Below, in pieces: positions 50,159-64,000 of a stretch of DNA of 64,000 bases. The position numbers and the translations under genes were made by a program. The notes beneath the pieces are model-generated. The model worked only from the letters and a program-made list of their open reading frames with translations. It was not told the origin of the DNA and ran no database searches. Each line of letters opens with the position of its first letter. The first letter of the stretch is position 1. This stretch comes from Eledone cirrhosa (taxonomy: Eukaryota): contig OZ024743.1 in NCBI GenBank assembly GCA_964016885.1, positions 243,970,001-244,034,000 of the forward strand, written 5' to 3'.

Positions 50159-51014
50159 CCTAACTGAATTCGACAGGGTTCAGTAATGTACCGATGGGTC
50201 AGTTAGCAAAGTCAGCCTTCAGGTCTTTTAGTATGATGAAGGCTTCACGTTTGGCAAGGCGTTCCACACGTGTCAATTGTAACAACAGACTTAGATTTGT
50301 AATTTATATCATTATAAGTATCTGTGCTGCCCTTTTAATACTTATTAATGTTATTAAGGATGAGTATGTATGCATGACGTCTAGCTCCTTCATATGCCCG
50401 GATATATGTTCATACCGGTTCACATTATTTTTTTCAAAGGTACTTTACCATTAAAAAAAAAAAATGGAAAAAAAAAAAAAAAAAATTCTTTAAAACCTTA
50501 AATGCATTTTAAAGATCTAAAGCTTTCTTTATGTTCCTACTGGTGTGAACGAAAATCATTTTTTTTAGTATGTATATATATATATATATATCTTGAAATA
50601 TTTATATATATATAATATATTTATATATATATAATATGTGTGTGTGTGTGCGTGTGTGTGTATACATTGATTTGACTGCCATTTCTAGCAGGTATACCGT
50701 TCACCTAAACACCCTTTATTTAAGTGCTGATCTTCAAGAACCTGAAATAATAGAACAGTATGCTATATCGAATATCAGTGGTTCCATTCGTGCTGGGTTG
50801 GTAAATACAACATAATCTGGCTGTGAGAATATATTTTATTTGACATAGTTCATCGGCTTATCATTACATCATTACACTCATGCAATGATGTTTATAAGAA
50901 CGGTGCACTAAAGAAACATGTAAGCAGATAGTTGTTCAACTAATCTGACTGATATGTGCTGATATATGATATAGTAGACCTATATATAAATGGCAGATTA
51001 TTCTTATTTATGTG

Positions 51015-51057
<43 letters not shown>

Positions 51058-51094
51058 GGCAGATTATTCTTATTTATGCGTATGTATATATGGA

Positions 51095-51305
51095 AAGATT
51101 GACTTTCGTCAAATCGGACCGAGGAAACAATGTTTCCATTGGTCTTTCCAATTGCTAATGTTATCTATCGGTCGCAACTCCAGGTAGAAGGAGCAACGTG
51201 AAATAAAGTGACTTGCTCAAGGACATAAAACATCGCTCGGTCCGGGAATCGAACTCACAACCTCACGATTACGAATCCAATTTTCTAACCACTCAGCCAC
51301 ACGCC

Positions 51306-51310
<5 letters not shown>
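51095..51310 (-). mobile_element. tRNA-derived SINE (family B head)
   Basis: Reverse complement gaaggcgtgtggctgagtggttag...gagttcgattccc...ccttgagcaag. Close copy at 58362-58580. Confidence 0.82.
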
Positions 51311-51351
<41 letters not shown>

Positions 51352-51364
51352 TATATATATGTGA

Positions 51365-51399
<35 letters not shown>

Positions 51400-51559
51400 C
51401 ATTTATATATATACATATATATGTATATCATTAATAAAACACGTGGGTCGAATACAGGAAACAGAAAACTCGGAAGAGACAAGCAGATGGACAATTATCG
51501 CACATCCGCTGGCTTCTGGGGATCATCATAATTTCGGATGTGTTTAAAAACAAATATAT

Positions 51560-51641
<82 letters not shown>

Positions 51642-52222
51642 TGATCAATGGCTCTTAAATCCTATGATGAAATCTGGCTAACCCTCTCTAGGTTTAAATA
51701 CAGTCGACGTCTTCCAGAGAAATATATATTGCAATGTTCACGCCAGAAAAATAGCGTGAATATTACAATACAACACAATAGGAGGGAACATGATAATAGT
51801 AGCACTGATGATGTTGCAGATGTGCAACGAAAGAACTTTGTTAGACTATATATATATATATTTATATCTGTATTTTTAACCGATGGCCAGTCAATGATAA
51901 ACATTGATTGCCAAATAAATTAACTATGGAGATATAAAAGATGCAGAAACGAAAACCAACCAAACAGTGAGTGTGTTCTGTTATTATTTCTGGCAATATT
52001 TTTACAACAATATGACCCTTCCCAAGTATAACAATATTTGTTTCGACACACGATTTCATATAAAAAACCTTGCAAAACAAATTCATCACCGTATATATAT
52101 ATATATTTGTGTGTGTGAGTGTATGTGTTGTGTATGTAAAAGGTAAACAGAAATAACAACACAATCGGTACAGTAAATGGAAGGAATATATTAGGTTAAC
52201 GCTTGATATAGCAGGAAGAGGG

Positions 52223-52258
52223 TCTTAACGTTTCGGACGCTAGTCCTTCATCAGAAGA
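52223..52258 (-). ncRNA. Minimal hammerhead ribozyme (inverted LTR)
   Basis: tctt CTGATGA a ggac tagc gtcc GAAA cg TT aaga. Confidence 0.8.
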
Positions 52259-52435
52259 AAGAATGAGAAATAAGATAGATTGAGGGGACGGGCAGGATGG
52301 AATTGGAAAAAATGTCTTTAGATAAAAATAATATATATATAACATACTTTTGCTCATAGCTTCGTACTTACATACACACACAATCTTTTACTCACATATA
52401 CACACACATTTCTTCTTAGCTTCGTACAGACCTAT

Positions 52436-52527
<92 letters not shown>

Positions 52528-52771
52528 TCATGCTTACGTACGTGCTCAAGTATAGCTCTTTTTAAAAACGTTTTTTTTCTTTCCATTTCAGGTAGACGCG
52601 GTCCATCATCCGCTTTTCTAAAAAACAAATCATACACAAAACGCCAGCACCAACAGTTTTGCAAGAGATGTCAACATGAATGGACCTGTTATTTTTATCT
52701 AACGACATTTTACCCAATTTTTTCAAATTCCATCCCGCCCGTCCCCTCAATCTATTTTATTTCTCATTCTT

Positions 52772-52807
52772 TCTTCTGATGAAGGACTAGCGTCCGAAAC
52801 GTTAAGA
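52772..52807 (+). ncRNA. Minimal hammerhead ribozyme (5' LTR)
   Basis: tctt CTGATGA a ggac tagc gtcc GAAA cg TT aaga. AACGTT palindrome suits dimeric folding. Confidence 0.82.
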
Positions 52808-55800
52808 CCCTCTTCCTACTATATCAAGCGTTAACCTAATATATACCTTCCATATACTGTACCGATTGTGTTGTTATTTCTGTTTACCTTGTACATACAT
52901 ATATATATATATATATCAACGCTTACGTGGACCTCTCAAAGTTAGTTGGACTTTTCTGATTGGACTTTCACCTTCGAAACTGGATACAAACCCGGAGTAC
53001 ACCTGAACTTCCACCAGGAAATCTTTCGTATCTTTGAAATTTTCTTTGCTTCTTGCATTTAAATATTCCACGACTCTCTACCACTTCTCCTCTACTACAA
53101 TCATCTTACACCACATTATTCTCACCCGTCTATTTTTCACTCCCACCCTAGTGCCTTCAAAATGTCCAATCTCAAATCTTTTCTCCACCAGCTCCATTCT
53201 ACTCTCAAACGCTTCCTCCACCCCCCTCCTTATATGCATCCAATCCTCCCTGAATCTCTCCAACCTCATCTTCACCAAAACACGATACAACAGTCACATC
53301 CCATTTTTAAGTCGCTGTCTCCACCACCACCTCATTCCCCGCGGTTTCCGCCTCAAGTTTCACCCCACCTCATACTCTGCTCCCACCACTGAGCCCATCC
53401 TTACCCGCTCCTCTCGCCAGCTCATGCGGGCGACCATTTGATCAACTCTCGCTCAAATCCGTTCTCTCGACCGAGATCTCCCCAAGGCCTACCCCCATCT
53501 CTCCTCCACTTGCCACGCTTTCCCCGCCCAATCCCTTATCCAATTCATCCTTTACCTCAATCGCCTCCTGTGCAATTTCCTCACTTCCATAAAAAAATCA
53601 CAAACTCGACTCTCGCCGCTCCCCGCCTGCCATCACCACCCATACTCATATCACCTCCAACCCAAACCCCTCTATCCCGTCACCTACCACTGAATCTGCA
53701 CACGCTTTGCCCAACCACCTTGACCCCTCCGCCTCCGCCTCTTTCACTCCCTCACGTCGCTGCGCTGTAGTCACCATACCCCAGGACCTACCACTCTCCG
53801 AAGCTGAGCGCTCCCTCCTCGCCCGTGGTTTGCGTTTTATACCAACCACATCTACCTGCGACGAGTTCCGCACACGTGCCGAGATTGAAGGGTTCTTCCG
53901 TCGATTAAAGCTGAAAGCTTTTTTTTCACGACACGCCATCATCGACACAGACGGATGACTTCACTCGTCTCAATCGCCGGCAATCACATTGAACGCCAAG
54001 CTCTGGTCAGTTCAGCAACTCTTGGCTCCTTTGTCGATACTTGCCGGCGTACTGTGAATCCGTTCCGTTTCCACCAGCATTCTCGTCGCTCTAACACCAC
54101 GCGGACTGGGTTCTCCGTTCTTCGCAACCTTCGGCGTCGAGATGACATTGTCATCAAACCCGCTGACAAAGGTGGCGCTGTGGTGGTTTGGAGCGCTGAC
54201 CTCTATAGGGCTGAGGCTCTCCGCCAGCTTCACAATACTTTTTTTACCGCCCTTTATCCTCCGACCCCACTCCTTGCTACCAACAACTCGTGTCCGCCAC
54301 CATCCACGAGCTCATCTCCTCCTCTCTCCTACCCCCCACAGCCACCAACCTTATTGTACGCACCCCTCGCACACCCACCATTGACTTCCTCCCCAAAATA
54401 CACAAACAAAATAATCCTGGCCGTCCTATCGTTTCTGCGTGAAACTGCCCCACCGAGATAATTTTTGAATATTTAGACACGATCCTCGCCCCGCTGGTCC
54501 GCAATCTCCCCTCCCACATCCACGATACAAATCATGCCCTTATACTTTTCAACTCTTTCTCCTTCTGTCCTGGTCCCTCCCGCCTTCTCCTTTACTCTGG
54601 ACATCACCTTTCTCTATACCGTTATCCCTAATGATGACGGCCTCCGCGCTCTCCAGCAATTTTTAGATTTACGCCCTACCCCTTACCCCCAGCACTACCA
54701 CTCTTCTCCGTCTGGCTGAGCTTGTTCTCACCCTTAATGGATTTTCTTTATCGGGTGAATTTTACCAGCAGGTCTCTGGAGTAGCTATGGGAACCAGAAG
54801 GGGTCCAAACTATGCCAACTTGTTTGTTAGCTACGTCGAAGCCCACATCTTCTCCCAGTACGCCGGACCGACTACTGAGCTATACGGTCATTATATCGAC
54901 GACTGTATCGGCGCCACCTCTCTATCACGAGAACAGCTCGACTGTTTTCTTTCTTTTGTCCAATCTTTCCATCCTGCTCTCAATTTCACCGCCTCCGTCT
55001 CCGATTCTTCTGTCGCATTTCTAGATATCTCTCTATCTATTTATCACTCTCATCACACCCTCTCTACTTCCATCTACATTAAACCAACAGACTCCCAATC
55101 TTATCTCGACTTCACCTCCTCCCATCCAACCCACACCAAATACTCCATAGCCTATTCCCAATTCCTTCGTCTTCGTCGACTCTGTAGCCAGGACGACGAT
55201 TTCGAAACCCATTCCCTTCGCATGGCTTCCTGCTTCATCCAGCGTGGATACCCCCCCCCCCCCACCTTCATCCAAGCTGCTCTCACCCGCGTCCATGAAA
55301 GAGACCGCACCACAGCCCTCTCACCTCACCCCCGCCCGCCCAACATCCGTGTTCCTTTCCCTCTCACCTACCATCCCATCACCTTACCACTCCGGCGACA
55401 TATATTCCGTTCTTTCCGTATCCTCTCTTCCCATCACTTCTCGCTTTTTTCCAAACCCACCCATTACTGCTTTTAAGCGCGCCCGAAACCTCTGTGACCT
55501 TCTGGTTCGCAGTTCTTTTTCGTCCTATCCCACGATTCCACCCGGCTCTCATCCTTGTACCGTTCCCGCTGCAACACTTGTCCCTTTATTTCCACCCTCA
55601 CCACCTTTACAGGCCCTAACGGGTCTCTCCGTATTCGCCATTCCTTCACGTGCACATCCTCTCACGTTGTGTATGCCCTCCTTTTGCGGGTCTTTATATA
55701 TCGGACAAACGGGACGCCGTGTGGCGGACCGTTTTGCCGAACATTTGGGGGACATACGACTCGGTTTGGATACTCCTGTCGCCCGTCATTTCTGTTCTCC

Positions 55801-56451
55801 TGGTCATTCTTCCCTAAATGTTTCAGTCCTTGGTGTCCTTTTACATCATGTATCACAGGCCTCGCGCACCAGGACTGAACAAAGTCTGATTCACCGCCTT
55901 GGGTCCTATTCCCCTCTTGGACTAAACTCACTTCCCCAATTTCTCTAATACCCCATCCATTATCACACCCCTAGATTCCTATCGCTTTCTCTTGATCATT
56001 AGAAGCTTCTCTTACAACTAATACATGCTGACTATATATATGCTCACTCCACTTTTCCCTTCACTGCTCTGTATACACACATACACACCCTTATATTAAC
56101 ATACTTTCGCTCATAGCTTCGTACTTACATGCACACACACTCTCTTACTCACATATACACACACATTTCTTCTTAGCTTCGTACGGACGTATAACACACA
56201 CACACTCATACACACATACACGTGCTTACGCACGTGCTCAAGTATAGCTCTTTCTACAAAACGGCTTTTTTGTCCATTTCAAGTAGACGCGGTCCATCAT
56301 CCGCTTTTCTAAAAAATAAATCATACACAAAACACCAGACCAACAGTTTTCCAAGAGATGTCAACATGGATGGACCTGTTATTTTTATCTATAGACATTT
56401 TTTCCAATTCCATCTCGCCCGTCCCCTCAATCTATCTTATTTCTCATTCTT

Positions 56452-56486
56452 TCTTCTGATGAAGGACTAGCGTCCGAAACGTAAGA
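56452..56486 (+). ncRNA. Minimal hammerhead ribozyme (3' LTR), 1-nt deletion at the cleavage site
   Basis: Same as 52772 but GAAAcgtaaga. Confidence 0.7.
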
Positions 56487-56571
56487 CCCTCTTCCTGTTA
56501 TATCAAGCGTTAACCTAATATATCTCTTCCATATACTGTACCGATTGTGTTGTTATTTCTGTTTACCTTTT

Positions 56572-56667
<96 letters not shown>

Positions 56668-56814
56668 CCTCTTGCCTGAGTCCCGATACGGACAAACAAC
56701 ACTTCACGAGATGAGTTTAAGCCGAATCTCCAAGCAGCTATTCCAGTTAGTTAAAAACAGTTTAAAGTCTATATTAGTAGTATGACAAAGTCCGTTCATT
56801 ATATTAGTCGATCT

Positions 56815-57031
56815 AAGGGCGGCGGATTGGCAGTATCGGTAGAGGGTCGGACACCATGCTTTGCAGCATAGAGTTACGGCCCTTTATGATCTGAGTTCAA
56901 ATCCCGCCGAGGTTAACTTTGCTTTTCATCCTTACTGGGTTGATAAAATAAAGTACCAGTCACGCACTGGGGTCGATTTAATCGACTTTCCCCTCCCCCC
57001 AAATTGCTGGTCTTGTGTCTATATAAGAAAC
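56815..57031 (+). mobile_element. Full-length SINE family A with 18-bp TSD
   Basis: cattatattagtcgatct at 56797-56814 and 57032-57049. A box tggcagtatcgg, B box gagttcaaatccc. Confidence 0.92.
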
Positions 57032-57059
57032 CATTATATTAGTCGATCTGATCTGTTAT

Positions 57060-57775
57060 TGTGTTGTTTCTCTCTTTTCTTCTTGTTGTCCTGCTTCCTT
57101 TGCAATATCAATGCTTACATCATTGATTAGCTTCTGCCATATTGGTCTGTCATCGACATAATGCCTCCTTGATCGTGTCCTTATACCTCAAGATAGGGCA
57201 TCCTACATGTCGAACACCATCCTCAAGCTCACCAAAAAGCTGTTTCTTTACAAGTCTACAATCATGCATGCGGACGACATGTACAACCCATCTGATTCTA
57301 TTCCTTACGAGGATAGTTTCAATGCTGGAAGACTTTGCACGTTTCAGTACCTCATCGTTTGTGACAATGTGGTCACATTTGATGTTGAGAATAAACCTAA
57401 GGTGTCGTTGCTCAACTGTTCTTAATTGTGTTATGTGGTAACGATGGCGAGTCCACACCTTACTTCCATATGCCACGAGAGGAGTTACACCTTGGTTATA
57501 AACTTTAAGATTAGTCTCAGATGTCAGTTCGCTGGATTCAAAGACTCTCACTCTTAGTTTATCTACAGCACAAGCGGCAGCTTGAATGCGTGCACTAAGC
57601 TCTTCATCTAGATTACTGTCTTTGGTGACATAGATGCCAAGATATTTGAAGCGTTCCACTCTGGCGAGTTTTTGTCCATCAATGAAAAAAAAAAATGGAA
57701 AGAAATCAACGTGCTGTCCGACAGTCATTGTTTCAGTTTTCTTAGTGGTGACACAAAGGCCCATTTTCAAAGAAA
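57060..57775 (-). mobile_element. RTE-clade LINE RT C-terminal fragment
   Basis: VERFKYLG..LDEELSARIQAA..RIRWVVHVVRMHDCRLVKKQLFGEL..RYKDTIK. Confidence 0.85.
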
Positions 57776-58312
57776 CTGTTATATGCAGCTAACAGTTGCT
57801 GTTGAGCAATGGGACCATTGCAGAAAACAGCGATGTCATCAGCATATTGAGCCTCCCGTATAAAATCATGAAGTATCTTTGTTTTGGACTTGAGGAGACG
57901 AAGATCAAAAATATCACCATCATATCATTTGATCTTCGTTTCCTCAAGTTCAAGACAAAGATACAATTTCTACGATTTCGATCTGCCAGCGCTAATCCGA
58001 CAAAAACCAGCATGCCTGGAAATTATGTAATGCTAGTATGCATTATGTATATTGGCTGGAATCGCGTCTTCGGCCGGAGTTTGCCTCCTTGGAATAGAAA
58101 GATGCGTTAAGCTACCTTGTATACCGCGCTGAAGGGCATAAGTGAGTGTAGTAGTAAACCTACACTTTCAGTGACACGCGACTTCATATTAAAGAGGAGG
58201 TAAGCCAGATCTGACTATTTACAGGAAACACGTTGGTGTTGATTCAAATTGAAAAAGAGAACACGCCAGAACCATTCAACCATATATATATATATGTGTG
58301 TGTGTGTATACG

Positions 58313-58360
<48 letters not shown>

Positions 58361-58361
58361 G

Positions 58362-58580
58362 AAGGAGCGATCGACTTTCGTCAAATCAGACCGAGGAAAC
58401 AATGTTTCCATCGGTTTTTCCAATTGCTAATACTATCTATCGGTCGCAACTCCAGGTGGAAGGAGTAACGTGAAATAAAGTGTCTTGCTCAAAGACATAA
58501 CGCATTTCCCGGTTCGGGATTCGAACTCACAACCTCACGATTGCGAATCCAATTCTCTAACCACTCAGCCACACGCCTTT
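58362..58580 (-). mobile_element. tRNA-derived SINE (family B head)
   Basis: Close copy of 51095-51310. Confidence 0.82.
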
Positions 58581-58659
58581 ACACAGAGTGAGAAATAGTG
58601 AGATTTGAAATAGCACTGATAATATATTTATGGGTCTGTTTTCTTTTTTTTTTACATAC

Positions 58660-58693
<34 letters not shown>

Positions 58694-59090
58694 CAGGTTT
58701 TTGTCGATCTGGCAAAAGCTTTCGATACTTTTAACAGAAATGCATTGTGGAAGGTTCTCCAGAAACTTGGTTGCCCTGATAAGTTCCTTGGTTTGGTTAG
58801 GTCTTTCCATGATGACATGAAGGCTTAGGTTAATGCCAGAGGTAATATGTCGGAGCCTATCTCAGTGAAAAGTGGAGTGAAACAGGGAGATATTCCAGCA
58901 CCGATCGGGTGGAGTCGTGGCAGAGGACGAAAAGGAACTGCGAACCAGGAGGTCGCGGGGGTTTGGAAAAAAGTGAGAAGTGACGGGGTCAGAAGAGAGG
59001 ATACGGAAGGAACGGAGGATATGTCGCCGGAGTGGTAGGGTGATGGGGTGGTAGGTGAGAGGGAAAGGAAGACGGGTGTTAGGAGATAGT
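58694..59090. mobile_element. RTE RT fragment (+, 58694-58883) fused to an inverted fragment of the Neptune-like PLE (-, about 58885-59090)
   Basis: FVDLAKAFD..LQKLGCPDKF..SGVKQGD on +. On -, VFLSLSPTTPSPYHSGDISSV matches 55340-55520. Confidence 0.75.
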
Positions 59091-59275
59091 AATTACTGTT
59101 GCAGCATATATATAAACTTAATTTTATTGGCATATTACAATCGTTTCGATATCGGTCAGCACCAGCACAGGGTATAACCATAATGACAGGGGGCCGACTC
59201 TTTCTTGACATCTCATCAGATATGCGAGTTTATATGTACAAAGACACATTCAAACATTTTGATATATATATATAT

Positions 59276-59306
<31 letters not shown>

Positions 59307-59884
59307 AGAAAGTGAGTCCATAGAATCATTTGATAAAATATATACAGTATTTCTCCTCCCAATCAGCATAATTAACCACACAAAAAATCAATTAAATGAG
59401 GCTATAAGTTTAAAATGTACATATGAAGAAACAGTAGATAAATAAATGATAGCTATTTTATCCGTGATCAACAGCCACAGAAGATTCACCTAGTATTTCT
59501 AATAGCCCGTAGAAATTGACCAGACAAATAGCCAACCATACACAATTAGGTACAAAATCAAAGTTAGAAGAAAAAATGTACATAAACATACCAAAATTAT
59601 GTTTCTACCCCATGAAGTTTCATTCGCTTTTAGGAAATATCCGATCATGGATAAATTCACGAGTTTCGAAATCATCGGTAACAAACTAAATTGGACAAAG
59701 ATTTTTCTTAAATGATCCCCGCCAGAAACGAATTCAAAATGGCTAAGAACTGTCACGTGGCCAATGGTCAAGTCAGAAAGCTTGTGATGGTGCCTGACGG
59801 CGAGTAGGCTGGTTGCTAGAAAGCGCAGTCGAATACTGCCTAAATTGTTACTCAACCATATGGGAGTATATAAATATATAGGTT

Positions 59885-59954
<70 letters not shown>

Positions 59955-60136
59955 CAGGGAGAGATAGATAGATATAGATAAAATACTGTGACTCAGTTGT
60001 CCAGATCACTTTATATCGATAATTAAATCCTTCCCGCGATCAAATGGTAGCAGCGGGACGCTAGTGGAACCTATTCCTTGAGGAAAGTGGTGTCAAACAG
60101 GGTGACAATTTGTACCCACCTACTATTATATATATG

Positions 60137-60167
<31 letters not shown>

Positions 60168-60184
60168 GTATATATATATATATA

Positions 60185-60390
60185 AAACAAAGAAAGTGTG
60201 GTAAGAAACCAGGTGAACCATAACGCACCAGAGTACTCGATACTTAGGGTAGTAGAGTGAGTAACAGGAAAAGGGTCAGGACCCCTACGGCTGAGCTCCG
60301 GCCGTTTCGACAGCTAGATCCGAACTGAGTTCGGATCTAGCTGTCGAAACGGCCGGAGCTCAGCCGTCGGGATCCTGACTCTTTTCCTGT
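60185..60390 (-). mobile_element. Fold-back solo PLE-type LTR, family X
   Basis: 63-bp arms at 60264-60326 and 60328-60390 (3 mismatches), 1-nt centre. In (TA)n. Confidence 0.75.
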
Positions 60391-60782
60391 ATATATATAT
60401 ACACACACACACACATATATATATATGTGTGTGTGTACTCATGTGTATAGAAAGAGAGAGTGGGAGAGGGGCATATATCACTCTACACACATCGAAAAAG
60501 ACACACACATACAGCTATATAGATATGTACATAGAATATTATATGTAATTAATTTTAAATCCAAGTTTGATAAATTATGTTGCGGGTATGATAAGTGTAT
60601 TTTTGCCTCTTATGGAATTCGTAAACTAAAGGAAAATAGCTGCGATATGAATCATCCATCCACTCATCACCGTAGCTAGAGATAATAAAATGCTGTATTG
60701 ACACTAATACATGAACGCACACATTGAAACTCAACTAACACAAACTGGTAACCATGTATTTTACGGACACACATACACACCA

Positions 60783-60903
<121 letters not shown>

Positions 60904-62109
60904 CGTATATATGGATGTAAAATATATATCTATGTATTAATATACTATATTTAATACATACGTACATAAACATACATACACATTTACATATATATATTAT
61001 TGACAGATGCACACACATATATATATATATGCGTAAACGTATGTAAAATATATATCTATATATTACTATACTATATTTAATACATAGGTACATACATATA
61101 CACACACGCATACATACATACATACAGACATATAGACATACATACGTATATACATACATACATATATATTCACAGATACACACACATACACATACATATA
61201 TGTGTGTAAAATATATAACTATACATCAATACATACACACACACGTATATACGTATATACATACATACACGCACACATACATACATATATACATAGATAT
61301 ATATTCACAGATACACACACACACATACGTACACACACACATATATACACCTGCAGGTATGTACTCACAAACACAGTATATACAATTATGAAGATAGACA
61401 CGTACACCAAAGATATTGTGGTGGTGGTGGTGGAAGTGGTGGTGGTGGTGGCGGTAGTGGTGGTGTTGGTGGTGGTGATGGTGGTGGTGATGGTGGTGGT
61501 GGGGGTGGTAGTGGTGGTGGTGGTGGTGGGGGTGGAGGGTTCGAAGGGTGGTGGGTGTTGTGGCTGTGGTGGTGGTTGGGGTTAAGGTGAACATAAAAAA
61601 AACTTAATTACTTTTGTGTTTGCTAGGCTTGGGACAAAAACAACTTCTAATGCCCGAAGGATTTTATTGGGAAGAATCTTCTGACGGTATTCTAACAAGC
61701 AAGCAGAAAATTCACACTGGAGAGGTCAACAAAGGTAAATACCCAGCTGAAAACATGGATTAAAGTTCTATCCCATACCTTATCTATTCCAGTCTAAACA
61801 GATAACCTTTGACCATAGAACGAGAAAGCGGGTCTTGTGTTAAAGAGTATAAACTTGGATAAAGGAATGCATAGATTATCATTTGTAGCATAAGAATTCC
61901 TGAAGGCTGGCTTATGTTGCGTGGAGAAATTCTTCCTCAGGCCACAAAAAACAAATTATTTTCGATATCAATAGTTTAATTGTGTTAAATATATCACACA
62001 AATCTCTGTATCTCTGTCAAAGATAAAATTCACACACACACACACACACGCACACACACACACACACACACGCACGCACACACGCACACACACACACACA
62101 TCCAAACAA

Positions 62110-62194
<85 letters not shown>

Positions 62195-62195
<1 letters not shown>

Positions 62196-62405
62196 GTATG
62201 TAAAAGGTAAACAGAAATAACAACACAATCGGTACAGTATATGGAAGGAATATATTAGGTTAACGCTTGAAATAGCAGGAAGAGGGACTTAACGTTTCGG
62301 GTGCTAGTCCTTCATCAGAAGAAAGAATGATAAATAAGATAGATTGAAGGGACGGGCGGGGTGGAATTGGAGAAATTGGAAAAAATGTCTTTAGATAAAA
62401 ATAAC
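62195..62405 (-). mobile_element. Solo LTR of the Neptune-like PLE with weakened hammerhead (62288-62321)
   Basis: Near-identical to 52131-52332. Stem II ggac/accc is mismatched. Confidence 0.85.
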
Positions 62406-62457
62406 AACTACGTGTGTGTGTGTAGGTAGTGATGTATGTATATGCATATATATATAT

Positions 62458-63718
<1,261 letters not shown>

Positions 63719-64000
63719 TAGCTAATAAATGAAACACAGGAGGCAATTTTGCAGTTATATTAGGTTCGCGAGGTGCGTCTGAATAGTAACAGGACTTAGT
63801 GTGCTGTGTGAGCTATGAATGGGATAGAGATTAGCGGGTTGTGTTGACGTATTAGGTAATATCCAGGGTGTATATAACTGCGATCTCAGCTCTCTGCAAC
63901 CCTTGTGTGATTTTTTCTGGCGTGCTTTTGTCAACAGCTGCTCAATTTTAGGCCGTCGAGCAATGAGCACAAAGCAACAAACCAGCCTGAAGTTTCTGGT

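Larger units (their letters stand above)
52131..56578 (+). mobile_element. Full-structure Penelope-like element (Neptune-like): inverted partial LTR 52131-52332, direct LTR 52341-52898, decayed RT + GIY-YIG ORF about 53034-55948, 3' LTR 56098-56578
   Basis: IVIKPADKGGAVVV, PKIHK..PGRPIVS, LDITFLYT, AMGTRRGP.YANLF, YIDD, FLDISL, SSHP, YSQFLRLRRLCS, CTRSRCNTC, LYIGQTGRRVADRFAEH. LTR identities are directly visible. Confidence 0.93.

Noticed and set aside
51230-51310. tRNA gene (also 56817-56910 and 58500-58580)
   Set aside because: A/B boxes continue into a repeated SINE body and no clean cloverleaf forms.
59790-59835. ctgacgg...gaaagcgc as a hammerhead
   Set aside because: Core mismatch and no consistent stem I or III.

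Overview
This is a eukaryotic, AT-rich, microsatellite-dense window made almost entirely of transposable elements; no host gene can be confidently called. The SINE types and (TA)n/(CA)n density suggest an octopod cephalopod (inference). Main contents: a near-intact 5.9-kb Tx1-clade LINE flanked on both sides by (ATT)n, plus four truncated relatives; an R4/Dong-like RLE retrotransposon with a (TAA)n tail; a full-structure Penelope-like element (RT + GIY-YIG) with direct and inverted pseudo-LTRs, plus older PLE remnants; Helitrons, hAT and Tc1 MITEs, RTE fragments, two tRNA-derived SINE families and a 4.4-kb 15/13-bp satellite. Two systems stand out. (1) About ten hammerhead-ribozyme (HHR) motifs in PLE LTRs, including two CCGACGA-core variants with long stem II, and a series of fold-back palindromes in (TA)n whose turning points often coincide with ribozyme helices. 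(2) An ATT-microsatellite niche shared by the Tx1 LINE, a SINE whose last ~25 nt match the Tx1 3' end, and the R4/Dong element on the opposite strand. All folds and alignments were done by eye.
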